DNA of 64,000 nt, from assembly GCA_038843015.1 (NCBI GenBank), contig JAWBSH010000003.1, positions 133,343 to 197,342 of the forward strand. Reading direction: 5' to 3'. The position numbers were made by a program, and so were the translations under genes. The number at the start of each line of letters is the position of its first letter. Within the stretch, counting starts at the first letter, position 1. The stretch is from Zestosphaera sp. GTDB lineage: Archaea > Thermoproteota > Thermoprotei_A > Sulfolobales > NBVN01. Below are positions 28,317 through 37,539 of the stretch, in pieces. Below the pieces are notes generated by a model. That model was not told the DNA's origin, made no database searches, and worked only from the letters and a program-made list of their open reading frames with translations.

Positions 28317-29405
28317 GTGGATATTGAATCAAAGATTAGGTTAGTAACTAGAGACGTGGCTGAGGTAGTTACTGTAGAAGAACTGAGAAGTCTTCTTGAG
28401 ACGGGTGGTGGGTCCGGGTACTTGGGGTTTGAGCCTAGCGGTATCTTTCACGTGGGTTGGTTTGTGTGGGCTCTCAAATTTAAGGACTTGATTGATGCGG
28501 GAGTTAAGATGAATCTCCTTGCTGCTACTTGGCATGCGTGGGTCAACGACAAATTAGGTGGTGATATGTCTTTAATCAAGACGGCTGCTAAGCACGTGGT
28601 TACGGTGATTGACTCGTTAGGTATCGAAGGGAGGTATAGGCTTGTTTATGCTGAGGACTTAGTCAGCAACCCAGATTACTGGGCTACTTTACTTAAAGTA
28701 GCTAAATCAACTAGCTTAGCTAGAGTGAAAAGAGCTCTGACGATACTAGGTAGGAGAGCTGATGAGGGAGAGTCAGACTTTTCTAAGCTGATATACCCGC
28801 TCATGCAGGTGACAGACATTTTTGAGTTAGGAGTTGATATAGCGTTGGGAGGAACTGACCAGAGGAAAGCACACATGCTTCAGAGAGATGTTGCCGAGAA
28901 GCTGAAGAAGCGTAAAGTTGTAGCTGTTCATACCCACTTAATACCGTCGCTTCAGGGACTTGGTAGAATGGACCTAACAGGCCTTACTGAGGAGGCTCTT
29001 GAGGAACTCATAACAGAACATAAGATGAGTAAGTCGAAGCCGGAATCAGCTATTTTCGTGACAGATTCAGACAGTCTCATAAGAGATAAAATACTTAAAG
29101 CTTACTGCCCGCCCAAGGTCATTGAAGGCAATCCCGTGATAGAGATAGCTAAACACATAATATTTAGAGGTGAGGAAAAGAGGTTGACGATAGACAGGCC
29201 ACAGAAGTTCGGAGGCTCTATAGACGTGTGGTCGCAAGAAGAGCTAATTAAGCTGTACACGAGCGGAATGATTCACCCACTTGATCTCAAAAACGCTGTA
29301 GCTGATTACTTAATCAACTTTATAAGACCTATACGTGACAAGCTACTGAGTAGTAGAGAATATAAAGAAATGATTGAAGTGATAACGCAGTCTATCTCTA
29401 GGTAG
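28317..29405 (+). CDS. tyrS: tyrosyl-tRNA synthetase (archaeal type)
   Basis: Collinear with my recollection of M. jannaschii TyrRS: GFEPSG, YPLMQVTDI, GGTDQRK, KMSKS, KAYCPPKVIEGNPVIEIAK, PQKFGG and HPLDLKNAVA. Confidence 0.9.
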   Translation: MDIESKIRLVTRDVAEVVTVEELRSLLETGGGSGYLGFEPSGIFHVGWFVWALKFKDLIDAGVKMNLLAATWHAWVNDKLGGDMSLIKTAAKHVVTVIDSLGIEGRYRLVYAEDLVSNPDYWATLLKVAKSTSLARVKRALTILGRRADEGESDFSKLIYPLMQVTDIFELGVDIALGGTDQRKAHMLQRDVAEKLKKRKVVAVHTHLIPSLQGLGRMDLTGLTEEALEELITEHKMSKSKPESAIFVTDSDSLIRDKILKAYCPPKVIEGNPVIEIAKHIIFRGEEKRLTIDRPQKFGGSIDVWSQEELIKLYTSGMIHPLDLKNAVADYLINFIRPIRDKLLSSREYKEMIEVITQSISR

Positions 29406-29415
29406 TTAGTGAGAA

Positions 29416-29475
29416 GGGCCGGGGGTGGCCCTCCCCGCATCATAATACCCCGAGACTCGGGGAACTTCAGCGGGG
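29416..29475. other. cluster of GC-rich nested hairpins in the convergent intergenic region (possible K-turn-bearing RNA or bidirectional 3'-end structure)
   Basis: GGGCC/GGCCC hairpin (29416-29431). An outer CCCCGC/GCGGGG stem (29433-38 with 29470-75) encloses the CCCCGAG-A-CTCGGGG hairpin (29448-62). Confidence 0.4.
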
Positions 29476-29502
29476 CCAGTAAAATAATATGGTATGAAGT
29501 TA

Positions 29503-29856
29503 TTAAGCTTTAACCTGTTGATTCTTGAGAACCGGTCTTCTAGTTCTGGCCAGAAGATTCGGTGACTCCAGCTCTTCTAACCTTCTCTCTAAAGTGTCTA
29601 ACTTATCTATTAAGTCGTTCATAAGTTTTTCAATCATGTAGATCTTGCCCTTAACGTACGTGAGTTCACCGTCATAATCATTTAGTTTCTGGAGAGTTGG
29701 GTTCTCGACTTGTATGTTTCCATAGAGTCCCTGCTTAATGAATATCTTGATTAAGTCTGTTACTTGAATGCCCATACTATTAGCTAGCTGCCGCAACTCT
29801 TCATAGAGCTTATCCGGGAGTGACAGATGCACTGTTGGAATAGTCTTCATCCTCAA
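29503..29856 (-). CDS. ribbon-helix-helix (CopG-like) protein with C-terminal coiled coil
   Basis: The N-terminal VHLSLPDKLYEELRQLANSMGIQVTDLIKIFIKQGL fits a beta-strand plus two helices RHH pattern. The C-terminal half is heptad-like. Confidence 0.55.
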   Translation of the reverse strand: MRMKTIPTVHLSLPDKLYEELRQLANSMGIQVTDLIKIFIKQGLYGNIQVENPTLQKLNDYDGELTYVKGKIYMIEKLMNDLIDKLDTLERRLEELESPNLLARTRRPVLKNQQVKA

Positions 29857-29982
29857 GAGTAATATTGTAAGAGGAGTATATAAAGTTATCCTACTTCATG
29901 TCTTCTGTTTTAAAGAAGAATCTATATGGTGATTATCTACTGTGTATTGAATACTTCCTAAGAGTAATCATTTAATGGTGGC

Positions 29983-30165
29983 ATGATGAGAATAGTGACT
30001 TTCAAATTAGATGAGATAACGTTGAGGAAGCTTGATGAGTTAGCTTCTAAGTTAGGTATTTCTAGGTCCGAAATAATAAGGCTAGCACTCCTTAGCTACA
30101 TGTCGAAAGAAAACATAAGTCCTAAAAAACAGGGAGTTAAGATAAGGCACGTTGTTCTGACTTAA
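29983..30165 (+). CDS. small ribbon-helix-helix (CopG family) DNA-binding protein
   Basis: RIVTFKLDEITLRKLDELASKLGISRSEIIRLALLSYM is a canonical RHH pattern. Length is 60 aa. Confidence 0.6.
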   Translation: MMRIVTFKLDEITLRKLDELASKLGISRSEIIRLALLSYMSKENISPKKQGVKIRHVVLT

Positions 30166-30189
30166 AGAAAAGTACTGTGTTATGTATTC

Positions 30190-30849
30190 TTATTTCAACG
30201 AAAAGACTATAATCTTCGTTTCTATTCGCTCTTCTAACTCCCTTAACATGAAGTCGTATTCTCTACCTACTCTCAAAGTCTCGTAAGGAGAGAGTTTAAG
30301 GAAGTAGTCAAGAGGTTTGAGAGGTAGTGTCGTGCCTTCAAGCCAGTAATGCATGGGCACTACAACTTTAGGTCTAATACTTTTAATCAATTCTAAAACT
30401 TCCTCAGGTTCTAGAGTGAATGTTCCTCCTACTGGGACGAACGCCACGTGCGGTTCTTTAATTAAATTGATGTCTTGCGGGTCTGGAAGGTCTCCTAAGT
30501 CGCCTGTATGAAGGAACTTGACACCATCTACTTCTATTAAGTAGAGGACGTTCCTACCCCTCCTCCTCCCCTTAAACTTGTCGTGGTATGTCTCAATGCC
30601 AACTACGTTATGCTTACCTACCTTAAACTCCCCTCTGCGCATGCTAAAGACTTTAGTCTCGCTTCCCTTCTTAACTAGCTGGTAAGCATTATGATCAAAA
30701 TGGTCGTGAGTTATCAGTATAGCGTCAGCCTTAACACTAGGTGCGGGAAGCCCTATACTAGCTCCGTCGTGAGGGTCGATAACTATAGTGAAGCCTTCTT
30801 TATCAACTAACTCGAAACATGCATGACCGTGCCACTTAACTAGAACCAT
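30190..30849 (-). CDS. metallo-beta-lactamase-fold hydrolase (UPF0173-like)
   Basis: WHGHACFEL N-terminus and THDHFDH metal motif. Confidence 0.75.
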   Translation of the reverse strand: MVLVKWHGHACFELVDKEGFTIVIDPHDGASIGLPAPSVKADAILITHDHFDHNAYQLVKKGSETKVFSMRRGEFKVGKHNVVGIETYHDKFKGRRRGRNVLYLIEVDGVKFLHTGDLGDLPDPQDINLIKEPHVAFVPVGGTFTLEPEEVLELIKSIRPKVVVPMHYWLEGTTLPLKPLDYFLKLSPYETLRVGREYDFMLRELEERIETKIIVFSLK

Positions 30850-30969
30850 GAAACACCCTCACTAAGACATTCTTCTCGAGAAAAATAAATAGTGACTTGA
30901 AGATCGTAGTTAACATTCTCAACACCACCCATAGTGAGTGGGAAACCCATAAGAGGGCTGTGAGAATAG

Positions 30970-31551
30970 CTAGATTCTACACGTGTTTATAAGTTCCTGT
31001 ATTTGTGTCTCTTCTTCGGGGAATCCTATAGACCTTAATCTCGCAATAAGTGATTCGAGATCGCTTATCTGCTCACGTGTTTTTAACTCTCTTATGAATT
31101 CACATAATTCCCACGGGAATACAACCCACTTCATTGTTTCTTGAGCGAAGAAATCTGGTTTAATGATTGACTTAGGTTTATAGAAGAGAACTGCCGTCTT
31201 AACTGACCTAGCACCTCTTAACCTAACTTGCTCGGTGACTATTTCTAAGGTTCTTCCAGAGTCAACCACGTCATCTACTATCAGTATATTCTTTCCTCTA
31301 ACATCAGCTGTTAGAGGCTGAGTTATTATAGGTCTTTCAGCTCTCTCTTCAATTCCTCTATAAAACTTTACCTCAACTACTCCTATATTGTCAGTCCCGA
31401 GTATGTCGCTGAGTATTCTTGCTACGATATATCCTCCCCTTAATATGCCTACTATTAAGTCTATTTCTAGACCTTCCTTAATTATGTCTAGAGCTAACTT
31501 AAGAACGGCTTCATATATTTTCTTCCAAGTTAGTATAAGAAACTCGCTCAT
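30970..31551 (-). CDS. purine phosphoribosyltransferase (Gpt/Hpt-like)
   Basis: PRPP-binding loop ILIVDDVVDSGRTL. The Gpt-like ends are ILTW...RGG and WVVFPWE. Confidence 0.75.
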   Translation of the reverse strand: MSEFLILTWKKIYEAVLKLALDIIKEGLEIDLIVGILRGGYIVARILSDILGTDNIGVVEVKFYRGIEERAERPIITQPLTADVRGKNILIVDDVVDSGRTLEIVTEQVRLRGARSVKTAVLFYKPKSIIKPDFFAQETMKWVVFPWELCEFIRELKTREQISDLESLIARLRSIGFPEEETQIQELINTCRI

Positions 31552-31675
31552 AGTCTACCCCCTACTCAAGCTTGAAACTCCGTTCTATTACTTAATGTAA
31601 TTATTAAGGTTAAGTAATTAAGTCTTAATATTTCTAAGGTTATATATTATCGATTTAGGAGCGAGTGGAGGTAGT

Positions 31676-33031
31676 ATGAATCTCACTCTAACAGAAGTTT
31701 TTAGATCTCTAGAGTCTGTTGTGGTAGTGGGTGGCTCGCCGGTAAGAGGTAAGGTAGGTAACGTAATACTTGATAATATCCTGCGGTACGGTTTTAATGG
31801 GAGGGTCTACGTAATTAACCCAAAATATGATTCTGTTTTAGGTTTAAAGTCTTATAAGAATCTTAAAGAACTCCCTGAAAAACCCGACATTGTTGTGGTG
31901 GCAGTCCCTGCGGGCGCGGTAGCGCAGGTAGTTGAGGAAGCTGCTAGTGTGGGAGCTAAGCTAGCTATAGTGATTTCATCAGGTTTTAGTGAGGATGAGA
32001 GGCTCAGTCTTCAGAAAAAGTTAGAAAATGTAGTTAAGTCTTATAAGATTAGAGTTATAGGACCTAACTCCGCCGGAATAACTCTTAGTAGCTTATTTCT
32101 TCACGCAAGTATTGAGGTACTGCCTACGAGAGGTAGTGTCGGCATAGCTGCGCAGAGCGGGGCTGTAGGCGGGGTAATAATTAGCGAGTTGAAAAAATAC
32201 TCATCAGGTGTCTCTTTCTTTGTTAGCTTAGGCAACTGTGCTGACGTGTCTCCCGAGGAAGTGTTAGAGTATGCCGCGGAAGACGAAAATACTGACGCAC
32301 TAATACTCTATCTTGAGTGGTTGCGTGACGGGAGGAAATTCGTGGAGAACGGTCTTAAGCTACTGAGTACTGCGAAGCCCTTATGTGTTATTAAGGGGGG
32401 AGTAGGTAAGCAGAGCTCAGAGGCTGTCAAGTCTCATACTGGTGGGTTAACGCCCAGCTACGAAGTCTTTAAAGCAGCGGTTTCAAAGATCAGGGGCTAT
32501 TTAGCTACAGAGATTCAAGACGCTGTAGAAGTCTGTGAGCTTGCGAGACGTCTTAAAAGACTTAATCCTTCAAGAATTATAATAGTCACCAATTCTGGCG
32601 GGTTAGGAGTGCTTGCAGCATCACACCTAGATTTAAGCGGTTTTGAGATACCTAGACCGCCGTCTAAGCTTGTTGAAGCCCTAAGCAAGTTGGGCTTGAG
32701 GAACGCGGCATCTAACCCGCTAGACCTGGGCGGCGACACATACATAGAGACTCTGACAGACATCCTAACGTTGAGAGAACTCAAGGAGTACTATGACCTG
32801 GCAGTACTCGCTTATGTTCCGACAGCCGCAGAAACCCCTGAAAAGATTGCTAAAGTTATTGAAGAGAAACAGTCTAGTTTCACCCTGCCTGTAATAGGGT
32901 ACTTCGCTGGTGAGGGTTCGTACGAGATTGTAGCTAGAATCTCGAAATATCTTCCGGTGATTTCTTCGTCCTGGATTTTAAGTAGAGCATTAATATACAT
33001 GAGGGAATTTAATAGGGGGTTTAGGTCATGA
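31676..33031 (+). CDS. ADP-forming acyl-CoA synthetase alpha subunit (CoA-binding / succinyl-CoA-ligase-like domains)
   Basis: N-terminal CoA-binding Rossmann segment VVVGGSPVRGKVGNV. GPNSAG and KSHTGGL (phospho-His loop) are present. Overlaps iorA by 4 nt. Confidence 0.75.
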   Translation: MNLTLTEVFRSLESVVVVGGSPVRGKVGNVILDNILRYGFNGRVYVINPKYDSVLGLKSYKNLKELPEKPDIVVVAVPAGAVAQVVEEAASVGAKLAIVISSGFSEDERLSLQKKLENVVKSYKIRVIGPNSAGITLSSLFLHASIEVLPTRGSVGIAAQSGAVGGVIISELKKYSSGVSFFVSLGNCADVSPEEVLEYAAEDENTDALILYLEWLRDGRKFVENGLKLLSTAKPLCVIKGGVGKQSSEAVKSHTGGLTPSYEVFKAAVSKIRGYLATEIQDAVEVCELARRLKRLNPSRIIIVTNSGGLGVLAASHLDLSGFEIPRPPSKLVEALSKLGLRNAASNPLDLGGDTYIETLTDILTLRELKEYYDLAVLAYVPTAAETPEKIAKVIEEKQSSFTLPVIGYFAGEGSYEIVARISKYLPVISSSWILSRALIYMREFNRGFRS

Positions 33032-34914
33032 GCGTTTTAAACCCTTTAAAAGCCCCTGCTGGTGTGAGATTAGCTCTCATGGGTAATGAAGCTATAGCTA
33101 GGGGCGTTATTGAGTCAGGAACTTACGTCGTCACTGGATATCCGGGAACCCCGTCTAGTGAAGTCTTAATGACTCTTCACGAGTATAGTGAGGGTCTAGA
33201 CTTATATGCCGAGTGGGCTGTAAACGAAAGAGTAGCTTTTGAGATAGCGTTAGGTGCTTCTTTAGGTGGTGCTAGGTCTCTCGTGACCATGAAGGGGCCG
33301 GGCTTTAACGTCGCTTCAGACCCTATCTTATCAGCAGCTTACTCAGGTGTTAACGGCGGTCTCACCATATTAGTAGCTGACGACCCAGGACCCATAACAA
33401 CACAGACAGAGCAAGACAGCAGGTGGTATGCTAAGCTCTCTAAACTGCCTATGATAACTCCTTCATCCCCTCAAGAAGCGAAAGACTTTACTGTAGTATC
33501 TCAGCTCCTCAGTGAGGACGTCATGTTGCCAGTCATACTGAGAACTACTACCAGAGTTAACCATGCAGTAAGTGAAGTCATAACAGGTGATGTAAGGCCT
33601 CCTAAGAAGTACCGTGAGTTTCGTAAAGACCCTCCGAGGTACGTGAGGGCGGGTATGGCGTGGAATTTAGAGAGGCATAAATGGCTTAATAATCAGCTCA
33701 AAACAGTTGAGGGTCTCGTAAGGAAGTACGGGCTAAACAAAGTATGGGGTGAGGGTTCTAGTTGTGTTGTTGTTGAGGGTGTGAGCTATAATTACGTTAT
33801 GGAAGTGTTAAGTAGGGTAGAGTCGTGGGAGCGCAAGATTAGAGTCGTTAAGGTAGACGTGTTATACCCTATTCCGAGGAACTTCTTGCTGGATTCTCTA
33901 AGCGGATGTAAGGAGATCTTAGTTGTTGAGGAGCTAGACCCCTACTTAGAGGAGTCTATTAAGGCGTTGTTGCAAGACCAAGACCTAAGGATAAAGGTAT
34001 TCGGTAAGTTAAGCGGTTACTTGCCTTTAGAGGGCGAGCTCAATACACGCGTAGTATCTCAAGCAGTCTCAAGGATTCTAGGTCATGAAGTTGCTGAACC
34101 CTATCATGATGGAATGATTAAAGATCTGGAAGTTCCTACACGCCCGCCCCCCTTATGTCCTGGTTGCCCTCACAGAAACTCTTATATTGCGATGCTTCTA
34201 GGTATCGCTAAGGCAGGCTATAAACGTGATGAGATACCTGTCTTCGGAGATATTGGTTGTTATGCGTTAAGCGTTAATCCCCCGCTCAATGCTATATGGA
34301 CCGAACACAGCATGGGAGCTAGTATATCGATGGCTATGGGTCTTAAGGTAGGAGGGTTTGATAAGCCCGTGATAGCAACTATAGGGGACTCAACCTTCTT
34401 TCATGCGGGGATTCAGCCACTAATTGAGGCAGTTAACAAGAGAGTGGACTTGCTAGTCTTAGTACTTGATAATTCAGTTGTTGCTATGACGGGACATCAG
34501 TCAACTCCTGCTTGGGAGACTACAGAATCTGGTAGGGTCACGAAGCCCGTGGAGATAGTTGATGTGCTCAAGTCTATAGGTGTTGATAATCTAGCAGTAG
34601 TTAATCCTTTTGAGATAGATGAGATGATTAATAAAGTGAGTGAGTTTATTAAAAAGCCAGGCGTTAACGTGATAGTTGCTAAGGCTCCCTGTGCGCTCCT
34701 TAAGGTTAGGAGAGAGGGAGTGAAGAAAAAATACACTGTTCTGAGTAGTAAGTGTGTTAGTTGCTTAGCTTGTGTAAGACTAACTGGTTGTCCAGCCCTA
34801 TATATAGGAGACGATAATAAGGTGAAGATCTTGATGGATGACTGTGTGGGGTGTGGTCTATGTGCTAGGTATTGCCCGTATAAAGCTATTGTTGAGGTGA
34901 GTCCTCATGAGTGA
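33028..34914 (+). CDS. iorA: indolepyruvate:ferredoxin oxidoreductase alpha subunit
   Basis: 628 aa. TPP-binding GDIGCY and GDSTFFH motifs, plus the C-terminal double 4Fe-4S motif CVSCLACVRLTGCP...CVGCGLCARYCP. Confidence 0.85.
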   Translation: MSVLNPLKAPAGVRLALMGNEAIARGVIESGTYVVTGYPGTPSSEVLMTLHEYSEGLDLYAEWAVNERVAFEIALGASLGGARSLVTMKGPGFNVASDPILSAAYSGVNGGLTILVADDPGPITTQTEQDSRWYAKLSKLPMITPSSPQEAKDFTVVSQLLSEDVMLPVILRTTTRVNHAVSEVITGDVRPPKKYREFRKDPPRYVRAGMAWNLERHKWLNNQLKTVEGLVRKYGLNKVWGEGSSCVVVEGVSYNYVMEVLSRVESWERKIRVVKVDVLYPIPRNFLLDSLSGCKEILVVEELDPYLEESIKALLQDQDLRIKVFGKLSGYLPLEGELNTRVVSQAVSRILGHEVAEPYHDGMIKDLEVPTRPPPLCPGCPHRNSYIAMLLGIAKAGYKRDEIPVFGDIGCYALSVNPPLNAIWTEHSMGASISMAMGLKVGGFDKPVIATIGDSTFFHAGIQPLIEAVNKRVDLLVLVLDNSVVAMTGHQSTPAWETTESGRVTKPVEIVDVLKSIGVDNLAVVNPFEIDEMINKVSEFIKKPGVNVIVAKAPCALLKVRREGVKKKYTVLSSKCVSCLACVRLTGCPALYIGDDNKVKILMDDCVGCGLCARYCPYKAIVEVSPHE

Positions 34915-35539
34915 GGGCAGAATATTCAATATACTCATATCGTCTGTCGGTGGTCAGGGAGGTCTAACGCTATCTAGAGTTATAGCGTTAAGTGCTGTTA
35001 TTTCAGGGTATTATGTAAGGACTGGCGAGACTCTAGGTATGGCTCAGAGATTCGGTAGCGTGGTTAGTTACGTGAGGGTAGGTATAGGTAGAGAAGTATA
35101 TTCACCTCTGTTTAGTTTTAATGAAGCTCACTACATCGTGTGTATGGAGGTCTTGGAATGTGCTAGAGCACTGAAGTATCTGCGTGATGACGGCATCATA
35201 GTACTAGATAAGACTATAAAGCCTCCGGCATCAATGAGTTTAGCAGGTAAAAACTCTGCTTTTAGAGAGCAGGTAATCAAGCAAATCATAGACGTAGTTG
35301 GTCCTGAGAGAGTTGTTGTTGTTCCAGCAAGGGATATTGCTTCAAGTCTAGGTAATCCTAGAGGAGCTAACATGGTTTTACTAGGTGTTTTGAATAGAAT
35401 CTCAGGACTATTTGATAATGAGAAGATAGAGGAAGCTATATCAAACTTCTTTGAAGGTAGAGCCAGGGAGCTTTCTCTGACTGCTTACAGAGAAGGATAT
35501 AAATACGTGAATCAGCAACGAGCACCAAACACAGTTTAG
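34907..35539 (+). CDS. iorB: indolepyruvate:ferredoxin oxidoreductase beta subunit
   Basis: 210 aa pyruvate/ketoisovalerate oxidoreductase gamma-like domain (GVGGQGGLT). Overlaps iorA. Confidence 0.8.
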   Translation: MSEGRIFNILISSVGGQGGLTLSRVIALSAVISGYYVRTGETLGMAQRFGSVVSYVRVGIGREVYSPLFSFNEAHYIVCMEVLECARALKYLRDDGIIVLDKTIKPPASMSLAGKNSAFREQVIKQIIDVVGPERVVVVPARDIASSLGNPRGANMVLLGVLNRISGLFDNEKIEEAISNFFEGRARELSLTAYREGYKYVNQQRAPNTV

Positions 35540-35577
35540 TACTTAATATCCTGAAGCCCTAAAGAGGTTGAAGTGCT

Positions 35578-36255
35578 TTGCCTTGTAAGGTAAGTGTGGC
35601 GGCTTTTGACTTAGACGGTGTCTTAATAAGGTGGAGATCTTCCTGGAGAGCTCTACACGAGTATTTCGGCTCTTTAAGTTTAATCGTTGAAAGTAATGAC
35701 GCCGAGAAATTCTTGAGAGGCGAAATAACTTATGAGGAATGGATGAGGAGAGATTTAGAAGCTATAATCAAAGCTCTTGGAAAGCCCCCAACTAGAGAAG
35801 AAATAATTAAAGCATTCTCTAGGTATGAGCTAGTTGACGGTGCCAAAGACTTAATCAACTTCTTGAAAGAGAGAGGAGTCTACACCCTCATCGTTAGTGG
35901 GGGGATTGACTTACTAGCTGAGATTATAAAGAGAGAGCTAGGTGTAGACGCGGCATTCGCTAACAGGCTAGTCTTTGACGAGAAGGGATACCTAATACCG
36001 AGAGGTATTGAAGTAGTTAATCCTCTCAAAAAAGGAGAACTGTTGAAGAAGTTATCAATACAGCTTAGAGTACCACTTAGTGAATTTATGTATGTAGGAG
36101 ACACTGAATGGGATTTTGAGGCTTTAAACCTTGTTGGGTATCCCGTCCTCCTCAACTACGGCGACGTAAAGCCTTCAATAGAGTCTAAATACATTATAGT
36201 CAACACCTTATATGAGGTAATAGAGTTTCTCACGAAATGCTTTAACCGTAGTTAA
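35578..36255 (+). CDS. HAD-superfamily phosphatase (phosphoserine phosphatase-like)
   Basis: FDLDGVL motif I, VSGG motif II and GDTEWD motif IV. Confidence 0.7.
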   Translation: MPCKVSVAAFDLDGVLIRWRSSWRALHEYFGSLSLIVESNDAEKFLRGEITYEEWMRRDLEAIIKALGKPPTREEIIKAFSRYELVDGAKDLINFLKERGVYTLIVSGGIDLLAEIIKRELGVDAAFANRLVFDEKGYLIPRGIEVVNPLKKGELLKKLSIQLRVPLSEFMYVGDTEWDFEALNLVGYPVLLNYGDVKPSIESKYIIVNTLYEVIEFLTKCFNRS

Positions 36256-36261
36256 GAACTC

Positions 36262-36548
36262 TTTGAGGGGGTTCGGGTTTCATGCTGTTTGATATCGACC
36301 CTTGGCTTCATTGACCTCAAGGCGCCTTTCATCGGAGACCTTATCATTGGTCTCTACTCTTTCAGGGTAACCCCAACTCGTAGCCCCTCACCAGTTTCAC
36401 GACTGCGGAGAAACCCCCACATACTGGCTTTAGACGCCCCACCCACTCGAGTCTTCACCACACACCCACATCGTGAGCGAGCTCAACCCACAATAAAGCA
36501 ACTTACATCAAACCCCTTACAAACCTTTACAAAACACAAAACAGTTGC
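36262..36548 (-). ncRNA. GC-rich structured intergenic element, copy C (same family as A/B/D)
   Basis: The reverse complement starts GCAACTGTTTTGTGTTTTGTAAAGGTTTGTAAGGGG, homologous to the copy D leader. The closing helix GGGGUUUG/CGAACCCC contains a G.U pair only on the minus-strand reading. Confidence 0.5.
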
Positions 36549-36585
36549 ACTAGGCAAGGCCAGTAATTCAGTGTAGACTACAATA

Positions 36586-37539
36586 TTATGATGTTTGTGA
36601 TGCGTATCTATTTATCTCTTCTTCAAGTATCTCTACCAGTCTTTGAGGCACTTCTTCAGGTCCTCTTGATGTCTGGAGTAGTAGCTCTAGAGCTGACTTA
36701 ATTCTTTCTTTAAGTGTTTCATCAAGTAGACTAAACTTATAGATTTGTTCTTGGACTAGGTGACTAAACTCTACACGAGCTCTCTCAGCTTGAAGTGGTA
36801 GCCCCCAACTCCTAGAGTAGAAGTATACGTACGCGATTAAGGTTAAGTCAACGAGATATGAGAAATCTACATGTTTAATCACTTCTTTCAAGAAAGAATT
36901 GAAGTAAATCGTTAAGAACTTCACGTAGTTCTTCAGAGAGACTACTAACGACGTTACACTTCTTCTTTCTATGGAACTCGTAAATGTCTTCACGTATCTT
37001 GATAGCATCTCACTAAGGTCGTTCATTTTTAACGAGGAGAGCGTGTCGTTGAAGTCTTGTAGCCTCTCGATTAGCTCCTTGTAAAAACCCCATTGAGGGA
37101 TATTGCCTTTAGTGAGTGATTGAAGAATTCTGAAAGCTGGTAAAACTAGGAAAACGTAGTTATGTAGATTCCTCTCAAGGAGGTCTCTAATGATTTGCTG
37201 TTCTCTCATGAAGTAGTAGAGAAACATGAACTGCTCTACATCTTTTTTTACTAGCTCATTAATAGCTATCCTTATTACGTCACCCTCTACAGTCTTTATT
37301 TCGAGTCCTTCGCTGGGGAGTCTTACCATCTCTCTCACACTCTTGAGAGGTATTCTCTTTATCTCGCCTAGCATCTCAAGCTTTTCTACTATTAATGAAG
37401 TGTCGCTAGTTCTCACGACACATTTGTACTCTATTTTGTTTTCATAGCATCTAGTAGACAACCTTAACTCCCTCCCTCCTTCAGACGTATTACGCCTTCG
37501 TAAACTTCTATGTCGCTTCTGCTCATTAAGAGCACCCAA
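36586..37539 (-). CDS. hypothetical protein (third gene of orphan operon); small beta-rich N-domain plus helical domain
   Basis: No recognisable motif. The probable real start is the TTG at 37461, 2 nt after the upstream stop and preceded by GGAGGGAGGGAG. The listed ATG at 37539 would overlap the upstream gene by 76 nt. Confidence 0.5.
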   Translation of the reverse strand: MGALNEQKRHRSLRRRNTSEGGRELRLSTRCYENKIEYKCVVRTSDTSLIVEKLEMLGEIKRIPLKSVREMVRLPSEGLEIKTVEGDVIRIAINELVKKDVEQFMFLYYFMREQQIIRDLLERNLHNYVFLVLPAFRILQSLTKGNIPQWGFYKELIERLQDFNDTLSSLKMNDLSEMLSRYVKTFTSSIERRSVTSLVVSLKNYVKFLTIYFNSFLKEVIKHVDFSYLVDLTLIAYVYFYSRSWGLPLQAERARVEFSHLVQEQIYKFSLLDETLKERIKSALELLLQTSRGPEEVPQRLVEILEEEINRYASQTS

